Below are positions 1 to 13,600 of a stretch of DNA of 64,000 nucleotides, piece by piece (position 1 is the stretch's first letter; each line of letters begins with the position of its first letter). The stretch is taken from positions 662,045 through 726,044 of the forward strand of contig JAQGDQ010000070.1 of NCBI GenBank assembly GCA_030141605.1. The letters are read 5' to 3'. The notes beneath the pieces are model-generated. The model made no database searches. It was given only the letters and a program-made list of their open reading frames with translations, and was not told the DNA's origin. A program made the position numbers and the translations under genes. This DNA comes from Tubiluchus corallicola (Eukaryota > Animalia > Priapulida).

Positions 1-76
1 ATTTTTACCGTGTACCAGGTCAGGCAGTAATCCCATGCCTACCTAAGTATGCTTCGTCTGAAAAATTCATACATAT

Positions 77-187
<111 letters not shown>

Positions 188-631
188 AAATTAACGCCAG
201 ACATAAATGAAAAACGAAAAATTTATAACAAAAACAGTTGAAACTGCGTAATTATTTCACTACGCTTTCTGACTTTCGTTTCGATATTCACTTTGCGACA
301 TATAATCACAATTGTCAAAAATCCAATTTAATTACAATTTGCTTGAATCCGTTTGGGAATTTCGCTGTTAGATGAAGAGCTCAGCTGTCTGCAGGTCATT
401 AGTTCTGGATGGCTACTCAAAGGCTTCTCTTGTAGGATTTTAATGTGCTCATCCACGGTACAGTGTCACTGTGCAGATTGCACACTGCATTATGGTCTGT
501 ACTTTGAGGAAGCCCAACAGCTTTGTTTCACAATTCGACAAAAATTTATTAATAAAAATACAGACTTCTATTATCACCACATTTTACAAAACAGTTCTTT
601 GGGGTGCAGACATGTACCAGTTCGCAGTTTT

Positions 632-695
632 TGCTGTTGTTGCTGTCGCTGTCGTTGTCGTTGTCGTCGTTGTTATTGTTGCTGTTGCTGTTATA
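632..695. repeat. (GTT/GTC/GCT)n imperfect trinucleotide repeat
   Basis: Direct inspection. Confidence 0.9.
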
Positions 696-3149
696 ATGTC
701 TATAAAATGTTTCAAGACATGTTATGTCTTTAGGTTCCGCGGCTATACCGTAGTTAATAAATAATAGGCTATTGAAGTAGTTTTTTAAGTAGTTTTTTTC
801 TTTAATTTGTTGTTTATGTCTTTATGATATGAACTACGACATGGCCGCTGAACATAAAGTTTATGTTTATATTTTACTACAGTTTATTAAACGTTTTTAA
901 CGTACACGTATTAACATGCATACACAGTGAGCCGTTGTGGTAATTAAAATCTTTTCTTCCGCGATTTCCGCGCAATTTAAATGTTAATTACTCTTCACTT
1001 TAATTACTTTACACTTACCGTTTGAAGTGCTAGATAGATTGATTTTGGAGTCAGAGCTGAAAGGTGTGTGTAATGCCGTGAATGTTACCTAATGCAGATA
1101 GAAGTGAACATCTTGAATGCCGAACAAATGAACGCAGACCAAACGAACACCGCGACCATACACAGCATACAAATAGTATTTCGACTTATCACTGTAAATT
1201 GAGTTTCACTGTACGTTTTTTTGTGTGCCCAGTTAGCATTTAAACCATATATCGAATTTTATGCTAGGATAGGTGTAATTTAATTTGTTTTAATTAAATG
1301 TCAATAATTCGTCTGTTTTATGTTTCAGTGGGTTCCTTCGTTTTTTCAGGTATTTTTCTTTTCAGTTACTGCTTCAATTAGCCTAATGACTAGCATTAAT
1401 TCTGTGTTTCTTGCAAAATAAACTGTTTAACAATCATTCTTGCTTTTTGCAAAGTGTAATCTATAAAAATGGCAAGAATTAAACTGAAGACATAGAGGAA
1501 CTCATGGCCGTACTGGGCTGAGCACAACTGATATCGTTTGTGTTCGCAAACGCATTTACTTAGAAGTTCGTGGTAATTTTTGTTATTACATGTGAGATAA
1601 TTCATTGTAATTATAATTGTAATAGCTGTTAAAAGTTTACATGCTATACTCAGCAAGAAATACACTATAATGCTTTGGTCATACAAATCCTAATGTTAGT
1701 TTTTGTACTGCTTTGCACACTTTGCGGACTGCACCCACTTCAGGCGGTTAACTCATAGTCAACTATTTCTTAAAACCGGCTTAAACGTACCTGAACTCAG
1801 TTTTTGGTAGCGTCAAAAAATCTTGCCTGTCATGTCTTCAATCATCCTTTTGTCATAATGCAATGCAATGATTTGATGTTGATGTTATTGCTCTAAATAA
1901 TTAATTTTGCAATAAATCCTTACTCTTAGAGTGTAAAATAACTAGTTAAAACTAAGAATCCAAGCACTGAGACGTGTGAGTAAACTAGCTCAATGTGAAT
2001 GGGCTACCGTGGAACTTGGATTGATTATTGCTTTTAAACTTATTATCAATCGCATGATGAGCGGAAAGTTGGTTTAACGCAAACAGAATCTACTGGGTTA
2101 AAATCTGTACGCTTTCCGATGGCTTTTCGGTAAGTGAATGGCTTATCAGATTTGAGACGGGTTGTCATTCTTTTGTCATGTCAGGCAAGATTTTTTTACC
2201 CTACCCAAATTGAATTTTCAGGTAAGTTTAAACCGTAAGAAATAGTCCGGTTACGAGCAAACCACCTCAATGTTGAATTTAGACAGGAGTGGCGCGTGGC
2301 AGTTGCAATGTGGCGGCACTTAGGTACGGCTATTTCACTGCCAAGTGCCAGCTCTGTAAATGTGTGTTCATAGTTTAGAGTAAAGTTGTCTAGTCGCAAT
2401 ATGTCTCACATGTAGTATGCACTGTGCATTTTGCGCTAGTTCCTGTTAATTCAACAAAAAAATTCAGTAGATGCCGTCACTGGTGCTATAATAGTGCTGA
2501 TAATGATAACCGTGTAAAAGTGGCGGTATTTTTTGACAAGAAGAACGAAGTATTATAAAGGTGCCTTTCAAATATTGGCTTCTGTATAACCATGAATGTT
2601 GTAGCAAGGTGTCTCATAGAATGTTCTGACAACCTTTGTAGAGACCTGCAATTTCAGTTTATGACTCGTCTTAGTTTAGACGCAGTGCAGTGTTTTTCCT
2701 GACACCCCACCACGCTGTTACGTCACGCACACATCCACCCACTAGTAAGTGTACTCCCTGCCTCTTAGAATGTTACCTCCTGCGTTTGTGGCTTAAGATA
2801 ATGCATGACTATATAGATACAGAAAAACGTAGATTGTATAAGTGTAAATCAAGCTTAAATAAATGTGCAGCTGTAGTAAGCACATTATCATAAATTATGT
2901 GAAAAATAATTTGTGAATTGCTTGTGTAGTTGCTGTGAGTCTCATAAACTGTGGCTTTAACGATAATAATAATAGTAGTGCTGTCGAGTTGTACAAATGG
3001 AAATAATATTTTATTTATCGTACAAAATTATAATTTTTGCTTTCTGATTTGTCATAGTTGTTTTTTAATTGTTCTCTGCGGTTCCGTAGTGCGATGAGTA
3101 TACAGAGTTTTTGAACGTTGAGCAATAAAAAGAGCCCATGCTGTTGCTG

Positions 3150-3516
3150 TTGCCGATTATCACATAGGCTAGTATAGGCTGCAGCCTAGGGCCCTCAAGC
3201 TTTGGTAACATTTGGTGAAAAAAATCTGTTTTTCACAAAGATTGTGTTGAAACACGTACTAATTTGGTTTGTATTAAATGGTAAAATAATGGTATTTCTT
3301 AAAGAACGTTTTTATTGGCAAACAAGAGATAGCTATTATAGTTTATTTAAAAAACTTGCAATAAGTTTACTTCAAGATATGTAAATGACGCTAAAATATA
3401 TCAAGAGTGAAAAATATTCAGGAGTCAAGAGGGGTGCGGAGGAGTTAAAGTGTAGCTCCGTCTGAGTGGGACCCCATAATTTTTACCTCGGGGTCATAAT
3501 GTCTAATCCACCCATG
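3150..3516 (-). mobile_element. Decayed inverted copy of the 45471-45845 hAT MITE
   Basis: Collinear reverse-complement similarity over ~360 bp, e.g. TAGGCTAGTATAGGCTGCAGCCTAG. Confidence 0.75.
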
Positions 3517-4434
3517 AGCGCAGTGGTACAAATACTAATAAGGCTCAACTGTCATTATATTTAGACGTAAATTGAAATAGTTGTTCCACTGTGAGTGAGT
3601 GTGAACTTGGTACAAGTTTGAGGTGATACGTAATACTTAATAAATACGAATTGTGCTAACAAACTATTACTGTTCGAAGTCTAAAAGAGTGTAGGAAAAG
3701 TGTGGACATTTGTATAACGTAAGTGTAAACACCGAAACATGTGTGTGTTTAACCTTCTTCGGTACTTCTAAAAATCCAGGCTTGGCGACCATTACCTTGG
3801 TGAACCTGCAAAGTGGATGTCTAAGATACATGAGGTAACTGACTGTTGAGCTTTACAGGAATATTCCTGTGTTATGACATGAAGTAAATTGAGCTGGTGA
3901 AACATCTAGGCTTGCTTGGTATTATGCAGGTGCTGCAGGCATTTTCTACATTTATTCACTTTGTCGAACCACTGCATACCTTCTAATTCCAAAGTGGTTC
4001 TTGACATGGATATTGATTAGTTCAGTAATTAGCTCACTCTATCTGTTTGCGTAAATGTGTTTAATTAAACAGAGCTATCAATATTTGTACACTGTGTTGT
4101 AACAACATCGAGCACATCATATCCTAAAAACAGTCGCCTGGGAAACATACTCAGCAACATCAACACCGGGATGCTGCAGCTGATAATCAATAGAATGAGG
4201 AAATATTCTGTACAACATTTTACACGGTGCAGTTCAGGTGAAACCACTCGCTCGAAATATTAATGCCTTACTTGTTATCTTTATACATGTACATCGATAG
4301 GCACTTTAAATGAGTCATGTAATTTCTTCTTGTTCCATTTATCTATCCTACAAGGATATTTTTTAATAAACAACGTTTAATAAAAAAATTAGTTTTGCAC
4401 CTCGAACTTAATCTGTAGTTTCCGTAAAAACGAG

Positions 4435-4865
4435 CAGGGCCAGATTAAGACCTTAATAGGTCGTAAGCATTGAAAAGATTTATGATTATGTGTAATACAG
4501 AATAAAAACAATACTCAGCTGTAAAATGAAATTTTTTATCTTTCAAAATTAAATATAATATTTACAGTAAATGATAGAGCTTATAAAAGCAACAGTGATC
4601 TGTTTTCAGCTTCACCACATTTTTATAAGCAAAACCAGATTTGAAATATATTATGACACATTATATAATCAATCAATGTCATCATATGATGCCCATGAGC
4701 ATTGTAATATTGTAAACAAACACAGAAACTGCCACACGTATTTCGGTATGTTTTATTTTTGGGTAATTGTTCGAAACAAGATTTTAAAACACACCTGTAT
4801 GGGCCTTTTTTTCCATGAGGCCCTGAGCACGTCCTTATTTTGCTTAATGGTTAATCCAGGGCTTG
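4435..4865. mobile_element. hAT MITE
   Basis: Imperfect TIRs CAGGGCCAGATTAA/TTAATCCAGGGCTTG, perfect 8-bp TSD AAAACGAG. Confidence 0.8.
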
Positions 4866-5189
4866 AAAACGAGGCAGCAAAGAGTTGTGGAAGGACTTTT
4901 CTGTAACACTATATTATCTTGAAAAGCACATGAAAACGTACTTCTACTGCACTCATCATTCACAAACATGGAAAAAATCATCAAGTGGGCCATAAGTATT
5001 GCTGTAGTTATATAGAGAAGACCCACGAGTTATTTGTCGGATTCGGCATCAATATCTAAATGGATTCATAAATTATGAGCTTACAACTTATACTCGCGCC
5101 TGTCAACTTATATTCGCCCTGATTAGTACGCTTCTGTTACTTGGAGCTCGTCTATAAACAAGCGTAAATTGTCTGCATTGAAAACTTAA

Positions 5190-5690
5190 GAAAAGAATTT
5201 GTCTAATGATTTTTGGCAAAGATTTGATTTCTTATGATAGTGCTCTGCATAAACTTAACCTGATTACTCTGGAAAATCGTAGTCAAAAATTAACTTGTAA
5301 TTTGGCTTCTTACATTATCCAGTACCATAGACACTTGCTTCTTCCTTTTCATCTTAGTGTAAGCAATTGTACTACTCGCAATTCTAATAAATTCGTCATG
5401 CCTAAAATTCAAAAAGAACTTTACAAACCGTTCAGCAATACCTGCTGTAATTAGAACCATAAGTAGTAATGAAGAACTTTTTTCTAAATTATAGTAATAG
5501 ATTTACTGTCACAATTGGTCTTATACTGCTTTACTTTACTCTCTGTAAGCAGTGCCTCTTGTATAATGTCTCATATAATTTTATGTTTTATTGTTTAATA
5601 GTCTTTTGACTCTTTTTCTATTGTTGTATCCAGTTGTTGCTGCTATGGTGTGACCTTTATTAAAAAAATCATTATTTATTTATTTACAAA
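5190..5690 (+). mobile_element. Decayed LINE 3' fragment (CR1/L2 group)
   Basis: ISYDSALHKLNLITLENR...HRHLLLP...TRNSNKFVMPK resembles ORF2 C-termini; followed by a T-rich UTR and an (ATTT)n-like tail. Confidence 0.55.
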
Positions 5691-5714
5691 ATCTAATAGA
5701 ATTTTATATCACAT

Positions 5715-5979
5715 CAGTGGTTCCCAAAGTAGGGGTAAATTACCCCCCGGGGGTAATATGGTTTTTTTTTGGGGGGGGGGTAACGGGCACCCCTCTGAAA
5801 ATTTTTAAAACTTCGCTCGGAATGCATTTTACGTAGTTTTCTTCTTGATTTTGCTTGCTTGTGGCATATACGTGTGTTTACTTTTTGAGTTGGAGAAGTA
5901 GTAATAGGTGGGGGGGGGTAATGGACACGACCGGGTTTCCCGATTTGGGTAACGGTCCGAGAAAGTTTGGGAACCACTG
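5715..5979. mobile_element. hAT (Charlie-like) MITE
   Basis: 14-bp TIRs CAGTGGTTCCCAAA/TTTGGGAACCACTG and a perfect 8-bp TSD TATCACAT (5707-5714, 5980-5987). Confidence 0.92.
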
Positions 5980-7215
5980 TATCACATGATAAAATTGAAT
6001 CTCATTGAATCTATAAGCTCCTCACATATGAAGCTGGTTTGAATGGTTTGGTTAGACCTGGGTCACGTAATTGGGTCACGTTGTACGCCTAATTCTCTGC
6101 AGTGTGATTTGAACAACATCGGAGTAGGTGCTTAACTAAGTGCTTCATTAGCGTAACATGCTGAATCAATTATTCAAATTTCACAAGGCAGAAGCTGCCA
6201 AAATTTATCTAGTCAGAACTTAGTCCTCGGTATTTTCCGGGGCGCATTTATCAGATTCTAGATGTATAATTGTAAGACTCTGTCATTCTTTCTTAAGCGA
6301 AGACAGCAAGAACTTTCTCTTACACAAGACATTAAATTAAATTTAAAGACAAGATGATCAAATCTGCGAGTTATTTACGATCGTTACAGAATGACTAAGA
6401 CAGAGTGAAGCAGCAAAATGACCTACACAAAATGAAACTTCAGTGAGTCCTATTATCTTAGACGCACAACAACAATAATGCTAGTGGAAATAACCGCTTC
6501 ACGAAAACAACCTTGATGTGACCTTCCCAGTAGCTTTCCGTCTTGAGTGAACAAACATTTTGTGTAATGGAATCATTTATTATTGATAGAAGCCTGGTAA
6601 AAACGTTAGCTTGCATACCAGATAGTTTGTTCTCTCTTCTATAACCTTGGAGTTACCATGCCAAGATCGAAATTAATGATCCACACATTTTATCAGGTAA
6701 AAAACTTTGTATTCTGTTGACGGCATTGATCTTTTATCAGCTTTGCGCAAACGGGCGGGAATCTGCCTTTCCCTAGAAAAGAAAACTGTTCGCTTTGTGT
6801 ATAATTAGAAAATATTTTTGTAACTATAACACAAATAAATAACAGGAATAAAATAAATTGAATAAAATAACAGTTTTGTAATAACTAGGTGGTCTCAATA
6901 TTTTTGAAGTAGTTAACTTGTACAATCATAATAGACCTACATACACATTTATATGTATAAAACGAATGTTTATACATTTCAACAAACTAACTGGACTTGA
7001 GGCGTTTAACAAGTATTGCTGTTAATTTTGACTGGCTGTGGTAGCGCCGGAATATAGCTTCTTATTAAAATAATTTTCTGAGATAAAGCAGTGAACCGGC
7101 AGAGGTTGTTACGTTTCTCTTCACTTCATCTTGAATGAGCTACATGTCAATAAATGCAGTTATTCAAGAGCTGGTGCTACTATGATCGATGAAACAGCCC
7201 AGAAAAATTTTTTCT

Positions 7216-7250
7216 CGGTGACTACCCATCCATTTACTAACCAGGCCTGG
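7216..7250 (-). repeat. Short 5S rRNA-like / SINE3-like fragment
   Basis: Minus strand GGCCTGGTTAGTAAATGGATGGGT versus 5S GGCCTGGTTAGTACTTGGATGGGA; only ~30 bp. Confidence 0.35.
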
Positions 7251-10200
7251 CGTTAATACAATACTATGTTGTATTTGGCTAAGTTATAGCGAAGTGTTGC
7301 TATTTACATTATTGAACGCATGTGTTGTAATGTGTGAATAAGTTAAATCAAAGAATGTAATATCCGGAAGCGTTTAACCGTTAGCACACATACAAAAATC
7401 ACTGGCTAAACTAACTAAACAGGTAAAAGAGAGGCATCGTGTGATTCCAATAGCAGAGTAAGTCAGCAACGAATAATTGAAGCAAAACATGGCTGTGGCT
7501 GTGTAGTACTACTGTGATTATGATAATGACTAACAAACCAAAAAAGCAAAAGAATTAGGCTTATGGGATCCGTTATTAATAGCAATTAATCTATTCAGAG
7601 TTGCACCAAGACAAGATCAAACCATCATTGTAACAACGACGGAAACAATTCCATTGCCATGAAAAGTTTTTTTTAATGGTTCTGCTTGTTTTCCTTTCCG
7701 TCCCGCTCCGTTCCGTTCCATGACCTTTCCGTTACATTTCCTTTGATCTGTTCTGCTCTTCGCTTTCTTCGCATTCAACCAAGCTGCGTTGCTTTTCTCA
7801 GATATACATTAAAATCCTAAAAACCTGTCTGACGCGCAGCTTTGTTTTCAACGTCTGCATGACATCTTATTACAGCTGCACAGTTTTTCGAGAAAATGAT
7901 TCTTTCTTACTCTCTTAGACGCAGGTGCAGTTGTTACATTCACTACAAGAAACAATTCTCCTTTCGGTAAATCCGTAATTTCGTCTATTCGGTAAAAATC
8001 CAAGAATTAAATCTCTTATTCTCTTCATGTTCTGATCTAATCAGAAGAGTATGTTCTACTGAAACGTTCTGCCTTTTCGCGCGCAATTTCTCTGCTTCGT
8101 GGCGCATGAATTGTGAAAGTCAGGACTGACAAGCAATAAAGCTTAAATGAGTAGAAATGGCTTATTCTGATGTTATTGTGGAATGACAATAAATGATGTT
8201 TTTCAAGTACATTAGGCAGTTATTACTCAATGCGCTCTCAGTTTATACAGACAAAAACTGCACTCGTGTTTCACATTTTATTGTCTAGGCAGCAAAAACT
8301 GAATAAAACAAAATGCAGATAATTAGGGCTCACCGTACGTAATTTATAATTGATTAAATTTCTAAACATGAGTTTTATAAGAGGACAGCTCATTCATGTT
8401 AGAAAATAAGAATCCGCTTTGAAAATTTCATGTGAACACCCAAATGTTAAGCTACTGCAATTAATAATTAACATAATGGCATGATGTAATAACAAAATAT
8501 TTATATGGATGATACATGTTAAATATTTGTTCAACAACTGCATACAAGTTAACATTCACAAATATAACGGCAATGACTCTTTAAATATACCCTAATTATC
8601 ATGCCTTTTTAGCGACCAAAGTCCCACTTTCTCTCTAATTCACCTTACAGTGTCTATGTTTGCACGGTATAATTGGTCTATTACAAAGTGAACAGTAGAA
8701 CGTGAAGTAGGTCAGTGGAGAAACCTGCCCAATGTTCGTTAACTATTAAACGGTTCCCTTTGGAAATTGTAGTCACAATCGATTGCTCCGCGGTTTCACT
8801 TAGTGAGCCACGTGGAGCATCACTGTCCGGGAATACTCCTGGGATTTCTGTGCATCCTCTTCCTGCGCTCGTGTGAGTATTCCTAGTTGGCTTAGTGGAT
8901 CACGCACAAGCTTTTCCCAAGAGTCGGATTAACGTACAAGCAAACTGCTTTGGGCACCAAGGCGCAGGGGATCGTCACCAAGTTTGCAAAAAAATAATTG
9001 AAAACAGATGAAATTTAACCAAAGTATGCTAAAGACCATAATAGTCCTTCACTACTTAAAATGTGTTCTCATTCACTAGAGTCATTTAAATTTCCCATTT
9101 AACGCAAGTCTTTTTGCTTTTTTAAACTGATTTATTTAATTGAAATTTAATTTTGAAGTCAATAAAGAATTTAAGTATCATAAATTTCTGTACATGCATA
9201 TAGGCGTCACAGTAATAATTACACCGCATTTTGTTTTATCATTTCCTTTAACTATAGGATTGCTGGTAAGAATCTGTGGGTATTCATGGGAAGCATATTA
9301 ACTAAAAATAGGTAATGAAGATCATCAAAATCTGAAAAATAAAACATCCTGCACACTAAAGCACTTGCATTGGTGGTCTGATCTGGACTGGTGCGCCTGT
9401 CTCCCATTTGGCCGGTCTTGACTAATCTCCTTTCATAAGCTCAAACGGAATTGAAGAAAAATCTCAATAAGTTATCAATGATTTTTAAGCTCTGTGTATG
9501 AGTACGAGTCGTTTAAACGTTCTAGGATTTTCAAAGCTTCATTTACATATAGAGTGAATTTTATTATAATTTTAGGGACTTCGCCGTTTCTTACAGCTGG
9601 TTGAGTCTAGACTGTCCTCGTCGATCTTTATGTCGTAGAATTAAGTATTCAGGGTGTTTTTTAAACTGTTTGCATGGCTTCCAATTCTGATGTTGAAACT
9701 CGCCTTAGGGCACCCTGGCTCCATAGTACAACAAGTGTTTTAGCTGTTGAAAATCCTATGTTACATATACGGCACATTTTTGTCCAAGAATTTCTTTTAG
9801 CTTCTGCAGCTGTTACATAAAATTAAAAGGAACATCATAATTGTTACAACACTTAGCGCAACGACCAATTAATTGAAGGGAGGCATCGAAAAAAGTGACT
9901 TAACCACCACTTGAACTTGAACTTGAACCAGAACCTTGGAGTTTTCAGGGCAGAGCTGGTCAGAATTCTCATCCTAATAGCGCGCAGTCAATCAGAACCA
10001 CTTATCTAACACTAGTGAAATTGCAGCAAAAATTTCCATAGTTATTTATGATCAGGCGTTCTAAATGTTAAACATCTGCTTGACACTGCATGGAGTTCTT
10101 ATTGTTAAATGTGTTAAAAATTGCCACACCAACAGCATACTGGTGCTCTTCATATGCTGAAATCTTCGAGATCCTCTAATCACGTAACTTTTTTAATACA

Positions 10201-10294
10201 CTTAGCCGAGGGAGTTGACCGTACATAATCTTTTGCACCTTCCTGTTGAGTCTCTAATACACACTTGGTTTATTAGTCAGAGGAATTACAGATC

Positions 10295-10401
10295 ACTAAT
10301 TAGTTGATGGAGGCGTTTAAAAACTGTGACATAACCAGAGCTTGAACCCAGAAACTTGCGCTTTCAGGGGGCACGCTCTGCAATTTGAGCTACTGGGTCA
10401 C
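10295..10401 (-). mobile_element. tRNA-derived SINE head (second decayed copy at ~9868-9956)
   Basis: Minus strand reads GTGACCCAG-TAGCTCAAATTGCAGAGC (A-box-like)...GGGTTCAAGCTCT (B-box-like)...GTCAC, followed by a body shared with the 9868 copy. Confidence 0.6.
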
Positions 10402-11969
10402 ACCTACACCTGATCATAGTAAACGAAACATCGTCAGCAAGCTAATTCTTTACAAAAAGTGATGAAGACAGCAACTAGTGCACCAAAGACCCGAGGTAAA
10501 ACTGACTATGATTTTCCCAAAATCTAGCATACACATATTCCTAGAATCAGTGCTATTGATCAATAGTTACTGATTAATAAATAAAATTACACATCAAACC
10601 ATCAGCTATCTCAGCCTCTTCATTACGAAGCTGAATCGCCGCGGGGTTGTAATCCTGGTTTACTCAATAATCGCTACAAATGCTACCAAGACTGATTTCA
10701 TTCTTCTATTGATCACTGACTCTCTATGACCTAATCTACTTAGAGCTGTTACCATTTAATTTGTCTAGTGATTTACCGCTTGACCTTGAGTTGTAGTACT
10801 GGATTTGGTCCATCTCGATGCTGCATGGTAGCTTTGATGTAGAAGGGAATCATGTGAGAATCTTAGAACTTTTTATACGAAGCTTTGTTGGAGGTTTAGC
10901 TTTTAAAGTTTTAAGGGCAAACCTGATCAGAGCAGCTATAGTATTTTTTACTTTTCCTATCTTTGGTCCAAACTGAATAAATTTGTTGAATAAATGGCAA
11001 TAGGGGAAACAGGTTCTTGCCTTTTGGGGCACTGTTAAGTTTACAAAAGCAATTACAAAGTTTAACAGCGTACGATTTGGTTAACAAGCAGATAAGTGAC
11101 TATCAAGGAACAAAACAGTGAAAGAGTGATGCCATGTACCATACTGCTATCTGCATTTCTTGTTGATAATTTGGTCACTTGATATGCCAGTTTTTTCTCT
11201 CGGGCCTTGTACCTGTGAAACTTTTTGCCAGGAAATTGTTTGCGTTTTTTTCGTATGTTTCAAGAAGAGTTTCAGGCTGTGTCGTATTCGTAATGACTAG
11301 CAAATTAGTAACTGGCGAACAAAAATATTGTAAACCTTGTATAGACATTGAGCATTGACCATACTTGCACTGTTCCGTAATTGTTGTGCCTAGAAGCTAC
11401 AGCTAATGCTTGCTGTTACCTTCAAGGCGCATTTAATAAGCATGATTTCATTTTCTATACAGAAATTGAGTATACCTGCTTTATTAGCTGCGAGGTGTGC
11501 AATAATCATTTTTAGTTACATGGTGTAGAATAGTGCACTTGGCAATAGCACCGTTATCATTATTTTTGAACAGCAGTAGAATAAAGTTCGGCACAGACAT
11601 TTCAGCTGCGCAGCAAAAAGTTGTAATTTATGCTCAGAATTTTAGTTACACTATTTAATTTTAGTAATGTACTGTTTTGAATGTGAGCGCGCAGACATAC
11701 ATTTTATTGCACTACTATTAATTAAAACATAGTAGTTAACCATAAGAAAAAGGCATTTTCTTAATGAAGAGGCACTACAAAACACATAAAAGAGACAAAA
11801 GAAAAATTAATAAAGATAAATCATATATTTGCTACCATCTTTCAAGAAATTCAGTGACACTTGGAAATTGGGGACCAAACTTTATTGAAAAAAACTTTAT
11901 TGAACCAAACAATGACCAATGAGTTTACAGTGCAGATCAGATTTGTCACAATAATACAACGCGGTTAGT

Positions 11970-12055
11970 TATACAATACAATACAATGCAGTGCAATACA
12001 ATGCAATGCAATACAATACAGTGCAATATAATACAATACAATAAAATAAAATGCA
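11970..12055. repeat. (CAATA/CAATG)n pentanucleotide repeat
   Basis: Direct inspection. Confidence 0.85.
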
Positions 12056-12070
12056 ACAAAATATGATACG

Positions 12071-12240
12071 ACGTTTTCGTTTCATCGGTTTTGTACCTAA
12101 TACCATTAGCTACTCCCACTACACCTCCTCCAACTGGCTGAAACTATTTCTGGTATGAAGTTCCATACAACGTTTTGGTTTCATCAGATTTATACGTAAT
12201 ACTGTTGACTACTCCCACTACCATTATTTCCACTGGCTCC
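12071..12240. repeat. Diverged ~100-bp tandem duplication
   Basis: Two copies of cgtttt.gtttcatc...ctactcccactac...actggct. Confidence 0.7.
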
Positions 12241-13530
12241 GATTTGGAATTGCTAATATAGAATAAACATGACACAAATGTGTAGTTATTCACAGGTTTC
12301 TTGTTACAGGAATTTACTCAGTTGTCTTATACATTTTTGCATAATTACTATTACCTTTTTGTCAGTCATTTTATTCCTCTTTTTCCCTTCTATTCGGATA
12401 ACAAAAATACTTATTGTACGCTTTAAAGTTTAAACTGGAGCACACTTGTTTCATTTGTCCAATGCCCATGTCCAGTTCGACATGGCCCTATAGGCATCTG
12501 ATGCCTTCTTGTATAAACTTAGGCTCAAAAGTAACCAGTTTAACTGCCTCTGCATTATGATAGGTATATCTCATTTTTTCACACAGCAAAAAATAATGTT
12601 CTTAGTAACTCTTAAACAATAGTAACCAGAATCAGGAAACTTAGAGGGTAGACCACTTGGAATATGGAGTCAGACAATGGGATGCTTAAAAAGCAGGGAT
12701 TGTTTGAGGGTCCAAATGAAGAACCAAAATAGAGCAAACTGCTCACTCACAAATGAGCAAATATCCTGGACTAGGCATAGTCAAGTGTTAATTGGTCACA
12801 ATCACCAGTGCACACAAACTGTCACGTACGAGCGCAATCATCTATAGTTTTTGGAACCAGTAAACTACACTGAACTTGGCAGACTAACACAGTTATGCTC
12901 GCTGGTTAGGATTTGAAGTAACTGAGCCTTGTTTGTTATTGAGTGTAGCCAAAGGTAGCAGTAGATAGAGATCATCAAAATATGCAAATCGCTGCTTAGA
13001 TTCATTGCATAACATTGCTTATTATTCTAGTGCTATCTTCAGAAATTGTGTTTCATTAATGAGCCTAACTAATCGCAGTGACTGGGTTTCCATTGTTTTT
13101 TGTAAGTGACACTGGTTATTGTTATCCATCTATAAAAAACCGTTTTGCCAAACTTTTCGCAATACGAGTGTGACATAATAGTCTAAGCCTTTGCAAATTC
13201 GATATGCTGCAGAGATTGCTTGTGTATCCCAGTGCTCTATGTTAAAGCACTTGCAGAAGTGCTACTTTATAACCCTTCCGTGACTGTACGTTTTTTTATC
13301 ATTTCTTGGTAGTTTAGTAAATTTATAAGTCCTCTGGGATCCTTCAGTTCTGTTTGTCTTATCCTAATCCTGTCGCATCAAATACATGAAGTTGCCAAAC
13401 CCCTGGAGTGCTTAATGGCTGCTTGGGTTGAGTAAAGTAAAGGTAATCTATTTAAAATGTGTCAGCTAACTGATCATGATCTATAATAGTCGAGTGAGAG
13501 TTTTTGGAGTTTTACTGCTATTCGTTTAAT

Positions 13531-13534
<4 letters not shown>

Positions 13535-13574
<40 letters not shown>

Positions 13575-13600
13575 AATAATATAATATATAATATATATAT
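13535..13600. repeat. (TA)n microsatellite
   Basis: Direct inspection; other (TA)n tracts at ~20687-20707 and ~58730-58762. Confidence 0.9.

Noticed and set aside
353-764. Cys-rich and Val-rich ORFs
   Set aside because: Non-ATG starts; the distinctive composition comes from the (GTT/GTC)n microsatellite.
10325-10401. Possible functional tRNA gene
   Set aside because: A/B boxes are degenerate and a second decayed copy shares non-tRNA flanking sequence, so it fits a SINE better.
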